NCBI GenBank assembly: GCA_002269645.1
Contig: NIVC01002239.1
Span: 217,696-281,695 of the forward strand
Direction of reading: 5' to 3'
From: Macrostomum lignano
Taxonomy: Eukaryota
Length of the DNA: 64,000 nucleotides
The translations under genes were made by a program, and so were the position numbers. The notes under the pieces are model-generated. The model was not told where the DNA came from. It worked only from the letters and a program-made list of their open reading frames with translations, and did not search any database. Every line of letters begins with the position of its first letter. Positions within the stretch are counted from its first letter, which is position 1. Shown piece by piece: positions 1 to 12,268 of the stretch.

Positions 1-464
1 CTATTTCACTCCTCAACGGAGACGGCTGTGAGAAATCTCCAGTTCTGCAAGCCAGGCCGGAGCAAATTAGGGAGGCTAGGGAGATGAGAATCTGGCATCC
101 GCCTCATCGCCAGCTGCAGCTTAAACTGGTCCAATTTGGCTAATGCTCCTGGATTTGCAGGGGCGCCGCCAGATATTCCGGCATCCGCAGCTGGGGAGGC
201 GGGGCGGGCGCGCAGAAATCTGGGAACTGCCGCCAGATTCACGCCGTGTCGCCGCCTGTCGCTCGGCGAATTCGATGGGGCTGACAGGAAACTCGTCCCG
301 ACTCTCGGGGTGCTTGGGAGAATCGAACTGGTGCTGCAATCTTCCCCTTCCCCTGAGTTTCAGCCCGCCCTGTGTGTGGCAGAAATTTTATTAGCCAATA
401 TTTTTATCATCCCCAGGGCTGTGAAGGCTTCAGACCCGCTGGGGACCGCCGGAAAGCTGTCTCA

Positions 465-595
465 CCCAGACCTGTGCAGCTCAGCTGTGCGCCAATGCGT
501 GTCCTCCCAGACCTGTGCAGCTCAGCTGTGCGCCAATGCGTGTCCTCCCAGACCTGTGCAGCTCAGCTGTGCGCCAATGCGTGTCCTCCCAGACC
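465..595. repeat. 41-bp tandem repeat, about 3.2 copies, in a PKC intron
   Basis: Unit cccagacctgtgcagctcagctgtgcgccaatgcgtgtcct starts at 465, 506 and 547, with a partial copy at 588. Confidence 0.9.
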
Positions 596-862
596 GCGGC
601 TTTTGCTGGATTTCCAAACCCCGAAGCCGAGGCCTCCAAAGTGGATTCAAATTGTAAAGCTGTATAAGAGTTGAGGACGCAATAAACCCCCAGATTTATA
701 ACTCGGTAGTCAGTAATCCAGGTGACCGTGAGCAGTAGAAACTGTGGGAACTGCCGGAGACTGTGCTGCTAGATGTTGGTGGCTGGAAGCGGCTGGGAGG
801 CTTTGCCCAGGGTTGAGGTGGCTAAGTAGGGGCACCAGAAGCCTGCTGGCAGCAGTACTGAC

Positions 863-2143
863 CCTCAATGCGGAGTCGCTGGTCCGTGAGATGCACCTGG
901 AGCTGGATCCGGCCGCGCCGCTCCGTGTGGTCGATGCCACACAGGCCCGGCACGTTTCTCTCGCACCGCTCGTGTACGTTCATGTCGCAGCCTGCGGTTG
1001 CGGGGGAAATGCATTTGGCAGGGATTGGGAATAGAGACTCGCTCTGGCAGCTGGGGAAAGCAACTCACTCTCGCATTTCAGTCCCTGGTGGAACAGGCCG
1101 TACAGCAGAGAGCCGCAGTGATCGCAGAATGTCGGGCTTGTGTAGCTTGTCAGCTTGAACTTGTGATTGTTGCGGTACTGCAAAAGTACAGTGAGGTGCC
1201 ATACCAGCCCAGTATTCACCAGTGAGGTGCCATACCAGCCCAGTATTCTCCAGTGAGGCGCCATACCAGCCCAGTATTCTCCAGTGAGGCGCCATACCAG
1301 CCCAGTGTTCTACTGTGAGGTGCCATACCAGCCCAGTATTCTACTGTGAGGTGCCATACCAGCCCAGTATTCTCCAGTGAGGTGCCATACCAGCCCAGTG
1401 TTCTACTGTGAGGTGCCATACTAGCCCAATGTTCTCCAGTGAGGCGCCATACCAGCCCAGTGTTCTCCAATGAGGCGCCATACCAGCCCAGTATTCTCCA
1501 GTGAGGCGCCATACCAGCCCAGTATTCTCCAGTGAGCCGACATACCAGCCCAGTATTCTAAAGTGAGGCGCCACACTCAGAGCACTCCAGGGAGAATAAA
1601 ATCCCGTTAAAACCAGAGAGTATTTTAATCTCCCTGGATAAATACTCAGCCAGGGGCGATTTCCCAACCGAATGATAGCACTGCGGGAGCTCACGTCCGA
1701 GTCGGGTCCCTTATCCGTGCCGGGGCAGGCGAAGGTCACAAGCTCGTGGCAACGCTTGTGCACAGCAAAGGAACAGACTGAAAAGCCAGTCAGAAATACG
1801 CGCTAACTTGAGTAAAGCTCTATTCCGGAAATTAAACGAGAAAAGCCGGCCCAGCGCGTCTCACCTTTGCACTGAAAGCCCTGCTTTCCGAACCCCCTAG
1901 AGAGAGTTAAGAGGTCGCGAATATTGATTACAAAAAATCTATAGTATTCAGAGTTTGAACACAGTTTTAACAATGACGGGTCTCTCACCATATAAAATCA
2001 GTGCAGTGACCGCAGAATGTCGGTTGCTTAAAGAAACGAGCGACGAATTTGTGATTTTTCACTTCGTGCACATTTTTCTGGCGTAGAGCCCCGCGCCTGG
2101 CGAACCCTTTGCTTGGCTGTTCTTTGTCACTGTTGTTTTCCAT
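863..2143 (-). CDS. PKC: Conventional protein kinase C, 5' part (pseudosubstrate, C1a, C1b, start of C2); gene continues beyond the left edge
   Basis: Exons 2143-1989, 1896-1865, 1777-1695, 1177-1069 and 991-863, all GT-AG with matching phases. Translation: [82 protein letters not shown]...[61 protein letters not shown]. This is the c[11 protein letters not shown] pseudosubstrate plus tandem C1 domains. Confidence 0.95.
1190..1575. repeat. 31-bp minisatellite, about 12 copies, in PKC intron 3
   Basis: Unit gtgaggcgccataccagcccagtattctcca with variants. It generates the repetitive [12 protein letters not shown] ORFs. Confidence 0.92.
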
Positions 2144-3492
2144 GACTTGAAAGTGAAATGTTTTTGACTCTTCTCGAGCTGATAAATAATCTTAAATAGG
2201 TTTTCAAAAGTAGTTTCAGGAGTTAACAAAAATGTCTTAATTTCTTGTTCTGTTTTTCTTTTTTGATACTCTGCGTGTTTCTAGCTAAATAGTAGATATA
2301 TCTGAGTAGAGTTTCTATAGAATACAATTGCTCTGGTATATACGTATATCGTTTCATAAATTCGAAAAAAAACAACCAGCTAATGAAACAGCTATATTTT
2401 CTAGGCAGCACGAGTCAAGTTTAAGATTTCGTACAAACTTAAAGCTTTTAAATTCGCGCGAAAACATATTTTCGAGAAAGATCGTTTTTAACGAAAATAA
2501 GTGGAAAACACTGCCCTGATACGAGCGTAAACTCACGAAAACAAATATTGTGCTTCTTTTTTAAGACGCTAGCTAATTTTCAAAAATTAATAGCCATTAA
2601 ATAAAAAAACAAAATAAAAAATAACTTAAATCCTTTTACATCCTTCATTTTTCTGTCTTATTTATTTTTATGCAGAGTTGTTCAAAGACGTTTTTTGTGC
2701 TTGAAGAAGCATTATTTACCTAAATTACCTAATTTCATATCTGTAGCAATAAAACGCAAGGCAAAATAGCTAAAAATAAAATTGTCATGAAAATGAAGCT
2801 GGTGATTTATAAAGTAGCTATCTTTAAAAATATTATGAATCCTAAAACTTAACTAAATTAAATTATTTTAATATGTACATGCATTAATTGTACCTTTGGA
2901 AGCCGTTGTTTTCCTGATAAAATATTTCGAATTCTGATGAATATCAGAAAATTCGTAGAGAATAAAGAGTTGGATTTTTCAATAAAATTATGAATAGTGA
3001 ATTATCCTATATAAAATACTTCCTATCTTATGAATAATTGTGTTAGTTAAATTGACGCTCGTCAATCTTTGAAAAAGATTGAATGCTGCCTTTGAATTTT
3101 TGAAGCACTCATATTTCGACAAAGCAGGTAAAACAATAAGACCAAAAGACAATTTTTAGCTTGTAAATTCTCTGTTTAATAATTTAAACGAAAAGTTCCT
3201 ACTGAATTATTCGATGCTCAAGGTAATATACACTATGTATGAGAACATTCGCGCTAAACTAAAGATATTTTCATTATAGTTTACTTTAGCTGTGCGAAAA
3301 AGCATTCTTTGACTATCATCAAATGCACCTGGGAGATAAATGTAAATTACGCTGAAAATCGCACCAGAGATAAAATACGTAGATAGCCACATCAGGTAGC
3401 CGCCACATCAGGTCGTCACCTCATGCAAAGATACAATTAAAGCAGAATTTCCAACCTGAAGATGCGGAATTTTAGGACGGGTCGAATCGCGG

Positions 3493-4860
3493 CTATTCAT
3501 CTTTGTCCTTTTCGAGCTCGTCGACTTCTTCCTCCTCACCCTCGACGCTGTCAACGCCAACTTCTTCGTAATCCTTTTGCATGGACCCCAGGTCCTCCCG
3601 GGCCTCGGCGAACTCGCCCTCTTCCATGCCCTCGCCAACGTACCAGTGGACGAAGGCGCGCTTCGAATAAAGCAGATCGAACTTGTACGCCAGTCGGTCC
3701 CAGGCCTCTGCAATGGCGGTGGTGTTGCTCAGCATACAGACAGCGCGCGGCACCTTTGCCAGGTCCCCGCCTGGCACCGTGGTCGGCGGCTGATAGTTGA
3801 TGCCCACCTTGAAGCCGGTGGGACACCAGTCAACAAACTGGATCTCACGCTTGCTCTTGATCTTCTGAATGGCTTCGTTCACGTCTTTCGATGAAACGTC
3901 ACCGCGGTAAAGCAGACAGCAGGCCATGTACTTTCCGTGCCGCGGATCGCACTTCACCATCTGATTGGAGGCCTCGAAGCAGGCGTTGGTAATCTCCTTC
4001 ACTTTCAGTTGCTCATGGTGAGCCTTCTCGGTTGAGATAATTGGGGCGTACGTTGCTAGTGGGAAATGAATTTTCGGGTAAGGCACAAGGTTGGTTTGGA
4101 ACTCGGTGATGTCAACATTGAGAGAGCCATCGAAGCGAAGCGACACCGTGATAGAGGAGACAATCTGACTGATAATGCGGTTCAAGTTTGTGTAGGTTGG
4201 CCGTTCAACGTCAAGGTTGCGCCGGCAGATGTCGTATATGGCCTCGTTGTCAACCATGAAAGCGCAGTCCGAGTGTCGCAGGGTGCCGTGAGTGCATAGA
4301 ATTGCGTTGAACGGTTCCACCACGGCTGTGGACACTTGGGGCGCCGGATAGACGGCAAACTGCAGCTTCGCTCGCTTTCCGTACTCAGAAGAGAGCTTGT
4401 CCATGAGCAGCGAGGTGAAGCCGGCTCCAGTGCCACCGCCGAACGAGTGAAACACCAGAAAGCCCTGCAGGCCGGCGCAGTTCTCCGCTACTCGGTTGAT
4501 GACCTCGCGAACGCTGCTCACGACTTCTTTGCCGATGGTGTAGTGGCCGCGTGCGTAGTTGTTCGCTGCATCCTCCTTGCCAGTGATGAGCTGCTCCGGG
4601 TGAAACAACTGCCGGTAGGTGCCGGAGCGCACCTCGTCAAGGACGGTCGGCTCCAGGTCAACAAAGACAGTCCGAGGCACGTAGTGACCGGAGCTGGTCT
4701 CCGAGAAAAATGCGTTGTAAGAGTCGTCGCACTTCTCTCTACCAGCGGAAGCCATCAGGCCGTCTGGTTGGATACCATGCTCTAAGCAATAAAGCTCCCA
4801 GCACGCGTTGCCAATCTGCACTCCCGCTTGGCCAACGTGTATGGAGATGCACTCGCGCAT
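3493..4860 (-). CDS. TUBA: Alpha-tubulin, intronless and divergent (455 aa)
   Basis: Single ORF beginning [29 protein letters not shown], with [25 protein letters not shown] and [11 protein letters not shown] motifs and an acidic C-terminal tail. Confidence 0.97.
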   Translation of the reverse strand: MRECISIHVGQAGVQIGNACWELYCLEHGIQPDGLMASAGREKCDDSYNAFFSETSSGHYVPRTVFVDLEPTVLDEVRSGTYRQLFHPEQLITGKEDAANNYARGHYTIGKEVVSSVREVINRVAENCAGLQGFLVFHSFGGGTGAGFTSLLMDKLSSEYGKRAKLQFAVYPAPQVSTAVVEPFNAILCTHGTLRHSDCAFMVDNEAIYDICRRNLDVERPTYTNLNRIISQIVSSITVSLRFDGSLNVDITEFQTNLVPYPKIHFPLATYAPIISTEKAHHEQLKVKEITNACFEASNQMVKCDPRHGKYMACCLLYRGDVSSKDVNEAIQKIKSKREIQFVDWCPTGFKVGINYQPPTTVPGGDLAKVPRAVCMLSNTTAIAEAWDRLAYKFDLLYSKRAFVHWYVGEGMEEGEFAEAREDLGSMQKDYEEVGVDSVEGEEEEVDELEKDKDE

Positions 4861-5217
4861 TTTGCTTTTGATTCGATAAACTAAAATTAGCAGTATAGCC
4901 TACATCAGTAAATTCCTGAGCCGGTCTTGGGCACAAGTGCATGTTTAATGCGATTCCATTATCAAATAATACAGGTTGATAAAATCCCCAGGTGTCTATG
5001 GCTGCAGCTGGCTTCTCTCTTCCGGGGGCACGCGGATCCAGTTTATTTTCGGCATCCTGACTCTGTACTCAGCCGTCTATGGCTCTTAACAGACCACATT
5101 CCATGCAAATGCAAATTCAGTTAGAAATTATGGGTAAACAACTACTGAAGCTGCATAGCAGTTCTGTGTTGATGTGCTGAATCTATCAACGAAATACGTT
5201 CGAAAATCTCCAGCACT

Positions 5218-8171
5218 ATGGACGATTTCAACAATGACTCCTGGAGGTGGCTTCTCTCCCGTAGCGAGCGTGACAATGAGTCGATATATGACTGGGTAAG
5301 CGAAAAGTCCTGAAAACTTGGGACTTACAGTGAAAGAACTGTCAAAAGTGACTCTATGCTAATTACATTTAAAGCTATTCGTTTCCATTGCAACAAGGCA
5401 ATCTCTTATTTCTTATAGTCACGACCAGAAATTTTTCAATACGAAGCGAAGCGTGCGGGTACAAGCAGGAACAACAGCAACACGGTCTCTGGAGGCGGCA
5501 TCCGGGATGTGCAGGTTCACAAGTCTAAGTCAGGCAAGGAGACGCGCGTCGAGACTGAACTGCAGAGCAGCGGAATGGCCACTGACCTCAACATCAACAT
5601 AATCATGGACAGCGACTCGAATATGTCCAATGTGTGAGTTCCAACTTTTTAGCCCTATGATACTTTACAGAAATACTGAAAGAACACTAAGACAAAGAGG
5701 GGCGCTTCTGGAATTCGAGTGAATGCAAGTAATATTTGTCCATCAGATGTGGCAAATTTAAAACTTTCGATCACTGTTGCTGTTGCATGTATATCAATAA
5801 TATAAATACAAGTAAATGATTCTTCACTTACGCAACATTTGTTAAAGAAAATTATTACAAAAAACTCGTGATAGGATTGTTGCAACAAAGACCACACTTA
5901 CATAACAACAACAGCTATTCTTATCTTTCGTTTTTATTGCACTTGTCCTCTCAAGGGTTGGCAACTCGCTGGAGTACGAATCGCTGGACCAGCAGCGGCC
6001 CTCGGACGAGACTCCAACGCCCGTGAGTGAGGAAGGCGGCGGTGCCGACGGAGGCGGTAGTGCAGGCGGTGCGAAACCCGGCGACGAAGGGGGAGGAGCT
6101 GAGGGCGGCGGCGGCCTGACCAGCGAGTGGGCCGCGGTTCCGAACCTCGGCGGCGAGCAGCTCAGCGAGTCCAGCAGCGAGCATGGCGAAGTCATTGAAG
6201 CGGCTGGCGCCGAACCCTCCGGCCAGCCCATGGAGAGCGATGACGATGTTGATGACGGCGGCGATGAGGAGGAGGGCGAGGGCGATATGGACGACGCCAT
6301 GAGGCACTTCCAGCGGTACCTGGACGGCGAGAAGATTGACGCTCTGCGCGGGCCTAGCAAGGATGACGACGCCAAGGACACACTGAAGAAGCTGCCCACA
6401 GGGCACCTGGAGAAGGAGGGCGTGGTAATCGGATGCATGAGCGTGTTTGCCGACGTGCACATCAAGGAGTTCATAGTCATGCTGTCCGACGATATGATCC
6501 AGGCGTTTCTGGTCGACCCGGAACGATTTCGTTCTGTGGCAAATCGAACCAAATGCGAAATTGAGGTAAGAGACTACACGAGTACTTGGATAGCTGTTGC
6601 ACTAAAACTTAAAAAAGCTAATATTTTCCTTTCGAAACTGAATCTTAAACTACTTCTTTTTCTTCGAGTTTCCAGTAGTAGCGGAAACTACCAGATTTGT
6701 GTCGGTGCCAATTTAGCCCTCTGGAAAGGCTCGCTAAATCGCTCTTTTTGATTCAGTAATGACAATATATGAAATACGGTGTTTTCTGATATTCGCAATA
6801 GAACAGTAAATATAGGTTATATTGAGCACTGCTTACAACCAGATGCCACTTAACTTGTCCTCATTACTGCGCACTGGTTCGCTCAATCAGGTGACTCGGC
6901 GCATCTTGAACCGGCGCATGGGCAAATACCGCTGGCTGAAGTACCTGGTGGTGATCATCCGCGGTCCGAGCTACTCCTCCATCGACCAGTGCGACAAGAT
7001 GATGAGCCTTCTGTTCCCGCCCTACAAATGGCGCAAGCCCTACGGAGCCCCGGCCGCGGTGTCCATGTTCCTGAAGGAGAACACGCCCGACAACACGGAT
7101 CTGTACTTCAACTACCAGCGCACCGGCCCCTGCCAGCGAATGTTCGGCGAGATCTCCCTTCGGGCTCCGTTCCGCAAGACCAAGTCCAGGCCGGTGGAGC
7201 AGACGCCTTGGAAGATGGTGCAGAAGCGCCAGCAGTGGGGAGTCTTGGAGCCAAAGAACGACAGAATGGAGGTCAGTTTTCTTACAGCGTATCCACTAAT
7301 TTTAGTTCATCTTCTGAGTATTTAAGGCATTCCCCACTGATTGGTTAGTTTTGAAAAGCTTTTAAGCCGCGTTTTACGTTGAGCTTTTAGCGTACTAACA
7401 AGACTAGCAATCTAGTGCCCCCATTCGGGGCGCCCAATAAGCAAAGAGCAAAAATTATTTATGGAAAACAATTAAAAAAAGCACATTTTCTTAAGAACCG
7501 ATTCCTTCTTCAGTTTTAGAAATCACCTTATTCAACTAAAATTGTCACGGACAAATTTGTTTGCTATGATTCTTTTTATCTAAAATTAAAAAAAGACGAC
7601 AAATAAAACTTTCACAAAGATAACAGACATTCCCCTTAGTAAGTATCGATAGCAAGTATCGATCCCCAGATAGCAAGCACCCTCACCCTCCAAGAGTAAG
7701 CAACCGCAGATAGCAAGTACCCACCCAGATAGCAAGCATCCTGCAGACAGCAAGCATCCCCCAGATAGCAAGCATCCTGCAGGCAGCAAGCTGCAAAATA
7801 GATCAAAATAGATCACACATACCGTCATCCTGCAAAATAGATCACACATACCGACAGACAGACATACCGACAAACCACTTTTAGTTTAGCGTACGTACGC
7901 ACGTACAAGATTATTTAGTTGTAAATAGTAAAGCCATACTTGGAGTAAATGTAGTAATTATATGCAATGAATATTGCAGCGCCTGCTCAACCACGTGTAT
8001 CCGGAGCGGGGCGGCTCCACATCGCAAGCCATGGACCAGAACATCAAGTGGGCGGACGCGGCCGTACAGGCGGTGGAGATGAGCAAGGCGCGGGACCTGG
8101 CCCGCTCCCAGATGCTGCAGTCGAGGCGCCTGGAGAGCGAGCCGCTCTACGCCAGGGCGGTGGGCGAATAG
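5218..8171 (+). CDS. Uncharacterised 5-exon gene (about 491 aa): acidic low-complexity N-half and a possible KH-like domain
   Basis: Exons 5218-5295, 5419-5633, 5956-6565, 6891-7271 and 7980-8171 with canonical sites and consistent phases (0,2,0,0). Starts MDDFNNDSWRWLLS and ends EPLYARAVGE*. The segment FRSVANRTKCEIE|VTRRIL...LVVIIRGPSYSSIDQCDKMMSLLFP resembles a degenerate KH fold; that domain call is tentative. Confidence 0.75.
7656..7800. repeat. Short degenerate tandem repeat (cagatagcaagcatc) in intron 4 of the KH-like gene
   Basis: About 6 imperfect copies of cagatagcaag. Confidence 0.7.
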
Positions 8172-9263
8172 TCTCGGCACTGAGGCAGAGATTTGGGATT
8201 TGGGAGAAGGAACGTGATACAATTATTATATTGAGGCCGTTCCACTGGAAAAGTATGACGTGGCAACTCAATCCAGAGATAGCGGTCTGCCGCTGGCTTC
8301 ACTGGATTAATTGCTTTCGCGCGAGCTGACTCTAAAATAGATTAGTAGATTCCCCCCAAGCGTCAGTATTCTACCTCAGGTCATCTTAGCAGCATTAGTT
8401 TATGGTGCGTACGCTTTGGTTGAATACGCAACTTTACTGCACTCCTCAACACTGCAGACCACGCATTCTCCATTTTCGTCCTACTTATTTTGCACTAATT
8501 ATTGCGAAATACATGTTCGCACTGTTTTAGTACATTTTGCTCTTATTTTTTTCAACTATTACAGCAGTCTGTGCTAAAAATAAACACTTTAGCCGACTCG
8601 AAAACGGCAGTCGCGAGCGCCTCAGTAATAGCTCGAGCAGCCACGGTAGGGCTTACTATAGTTTTAAACTGGTTCCGACCGTTTGATTCTGTCTGTCCTG
8701 TTGCTGCAACTGGACGGTGGTGTGGCGAAACCTGGACGTAGGCTGTACTGAGCCGGGTGTTAACCCAGAAGTTGACACTTTCAGCATAGAAAAGGATTGA
8801 ATCAGAAGTAAAAATGTGAACTTCGTTGTCTTTACTGTCGGATGCTTCTCAACGAGAGTCCTGACGTCGGTACACACGTCTGTGTTTTGCATTCGGTATA
8901 CATTTTAACGCCATCGCAAAGAAACAGGAAGCGAGACAGATCCGGACCTGAACCGTATTGAAAGTTACGAATCGGCAATATATCCTACATACTACTTCGA
9001 GTAGCCACTACTGATAAAGCGATCATGCCAACTGATGTTCCCGGGCCCTGATCAAATCTTACCGCAAATCAGCCAGTCACGCGCCAGTAGAAAAACATTT
9101 CCACCGAATCTCTGCGTGCCTTCTTCTGCAGTTTGTGCAACCAATAGGAAATCAGCTCGGGATGGAGGCTCAGAACAGCCTTGGATGCTTAAAAATATCT
9201 TGTTTTTAGCTCGTACACTGTGGTCGTTGTAAGTCTGTGAAGAATGTCCTCATCCCCAGCGTC

Positions 9264-12200
9264 ATGGGCCTTCTGCGACTCTGTCTGGAGACGTTTATCG
9301 AGCGCACCTCCATGCGAGGCTTCCGGGGCTTCTACCGCGCACCCGTGACCGGCCTCCGGGTGCTCTGGCTGGTCTACCTCATCTCCATGGCAACGCTGCT
9401 GCTCAGCAGCGTCTACTACTTGGTGTTTGAATACCTGGACTATCACGTGACCGTGCAAGAGAGTGATCGAGTACAGCACGTAACGCCGTTGCCCGCCATC
9501 TGCGAGTGCAGCCAGGGTCCCATCGGGTTCGCCGCGGCGGGACTCTGGCAGTCCGGCCGAGTGAACTCGCCGGGTCAGCTCAACCAGGTGACGCAAGCTA
9601 TGGGTCAGGAGGGAAACAACAGCTGCGCGAGAAACCCTTGGTGTCATTTTTTAGCAATCATAAGCATCGGACTCTCGCTTAGAAGCAGCCAAAAGACATA
9701 AAATTTAGACTTTTCGTTCGAAATGTATCCAAAAAGATCCAAGTTTAGAGTTTCTGTTCACCATGTGCAATAAAACCAGTCGATGTTTATGGGACTGGGT
9801 CATAATAAAACAAGAACCCTACACCAGTGAATCCAGATTCCTCACTACAACGGCGAAAAATTTCCGATGCCGATAAAACTTGAAGCTCTGGTCTGAGTTT
9901 TTTTCAAGTGAAATACTATGACACAATGCTTACACTCAGGGAAAATTTATGGTTTACAACAAACACACTTCGCTGCTGCTCATTTCAATAGGAGTTGCGC
10001 GCCAGCATGCTGAGCGCTTACTGGGCCGGCAACCTGCCCGCCGCCAAGGAGCTGTTCTTCACGGACAAGCTGTCCACGTACTTCCAGAACCTGGGCGTGG
10101 ACGAGGCTCGTTCAGTCGGCTTGCGACCGGAGGAGATGGTGCTGCTGTGTTTGATTCGCCACTCCAAGAACAACAACCATCTGTGAGCCACGACGAGACC
10201 TGCCGGATGACCATTTAGCTGGTGCGGCACCCGCTGTACCTGAACTGCTACGACATTGCCATTGATGAGTCCGACTCGCCTCAGGTGGGAAACAAATTTC
10301 TCTGGGTAGCGCTTTGTTATTATTGAAGGCGGTGCGGTGTTTACCTTCAAGCAGGGCTTTGAAGGCACCATGCGGACGTGTGGCTCCTGTTCCAAACCCA
10401 AATGTCAAACCTTGTTTTAGCTAAAATAATTATGGAAAAACTCGCTAACGTCCTACCTAGGTGGGTTGAAAGTAACTTCGTAGCCATGGGTTTACTTGAT
10501 CCAGGTGCGCGTATTGTGGGATGAATAATTTTGACCTTTATGAAGTTAACTAGGATTTCACAAACAAGTGGTGCTAACACGCCATTTGTGCTGGCTCGTA
10601 CTTCATGGAAGCGCGCGCACAGTAGACATAGTTTAGTGTTAAACAGACTATCGGGAATTGAGGCGTAGCACTTGACTTGGAACAGCACACGAAAGCGATT
10701 CGTGTGAACAAATTAACAGAGGGTATTACTGGGCTCTAGTTCAGTTATGCGAAAAAATTTCTGTTAGAATTAAGATCCTACGACCCTATCGATCGATTAT
10801 CATTGGTGAACGTCTCATGCTATAAATTATCGTTATGATTCGTGTCAGGTGAGCTCCGTCGTCTCTCTGGTGCAGCAGTCCGGTGACCTTCTCAAGCCGC
10901 AGGGTGATGAGGATGCAGACAGCGGCTCAGGAAGCAGCAGCACAGACAGCAATGGCCAGCAAGAAGCAGAGCACTTCCGGACCCACGTGCATGACGTGTT
11001 CACCCAGGCGCTGGGCATGCGGGTGACGTTGCACGAGCCCGGAACGCATCCGGACAACGACAGGCACGGCGTCAGCGTTGGTCTTCAGCAGAACTCGGAG
11101 CTGCGTTATCGTCTTGTTCAACGGCGACGGCTCAGCGTTGGCGGTCGCAGCTCGGACGATGCGGAGTCAGTCGAACTGTCCGGAGGCTGCAGTCCGGAAA
11201 CTCCGGAGAGGCAACTGCGTGACTTTGATCAGGTGTACCGGTACACATTCACTGGCTGCATGAGCGAAGCCATCGGCCGGCTCATTCTTGCTGAATGCGG
11301 CTGCGTGTCGGCCTTTCACCTGGTCGCCAGCCCGCCGAATGCCACGCATCCGTTCTGTCACTTGCACGACCAGTTTCTGGGGCGACGGCTGAACTGCGTC
11401 CGGGACATCCTGCTGCCCACCCGGATAGCGAAGCTTCGCTCGCAGCACTGCCCACAGAGGTGCAACTTCAACCGCTACGAGCTGCAGGCGAGCTCAGCCC
11501 GCTGGAAACCTTCGGCTTCACAACTGCGTCTGGCATTGAATGTCACGCATTCCTGGGAGGTGCTGGCGAGTCAAAACGTCAGGTACAGCCACCGCGAGGC
11601 GGCAGATCGGACTCTGGAGACCTACCTTAGCACGAAACGAAAATCTGCGATGAGGTGAGAGATGCTTCTACGAGTATATTGTTTACCTGAATAGCCTGCT
11701 GGCTGACGCCGGCACCCCGGACACTGCCGGTGGCGCGGCCTTTGTTCGCGCCCAAGCCATGAAGCGCGCCCAAGCCATGAAGCGCGCCCTGTGACGCTGA
11801 CTTTTGCCATCCTGACAGCGTATTTTGTTGTTGTTGTTGTTACCTGAATAATTTGAAAGCAATAAGCTGAATAACAATAAACAAAAAATTGCATTGCATT
11901 TACTCTACGATTGCTATGCTGCGATCAGAGCCTCTCAACAGAGCAGCAGTGATGAGGCGGAGCGCAAGCAGCGGCTGAAGCTGAAGAAGCTGACCCTGGT
12001 GACTGTGAGCCGTAGCTCATACGACACTCTCTTGCGCACGGAGGTTCTGCAGATCACGCTGCCGGCACTGCTGGCTCGAATCGGCGGCCTCGGCTCGCTG
12101 ACCATCGGCTGCACCCTGGCGGTGGCCTTTGAACTCATCGAGCTGGTCTGCCTGACGGCGATGCGGTCGCGAGAGACGAGAGGTCAGAAGCAGATGAACC

Positions 12201-12268
12201 TGCGGCGAAGGTCTGGTCCGCTACCCAGCGACCCACTGGCGGCCGCGCAAGTAGAAGCACTTGTGTGA
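9264..12268 (+). pseudogene. DEG/ENaC (amiloride-sensitive channel family) gene, disrupted in exon 2 as assembled
   Basis: Exons 9264-9587, 9992-10284, 10849-11654 and 11929-12268. Family motifs: TSMRG followed by TM1, EYLDYHVTV, LPAICEC, HPLYLNCY, GMRVTLHEPGTHP, YTFTGC...ECGC, CPQRCNFNRY...SARW, and TM2 LLARIGGLGSLTIGCT...ELIEL. Exon 2 is 293 nt: the frame shifts near 10180-10186 and an in-frame TAG lies at 10216-10218. Confidence 0.85.

Noticed and set aside
5842-6552. 236-aa Ser/Pro-rich minus-strand ORF
   Set aside because: Antisense shadow of the GC-rich plus-strand exon 5956-6565.
10183-10218. 36-nt GT-AG mini-intron that might rescue the ENaC frame
   Set aside because: Its length is a multiple of 3, so the frameshift persists. 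An 80-nt alternative (10139-10218) restores the frame but has a weak donor and removes a conserved Cys segment.
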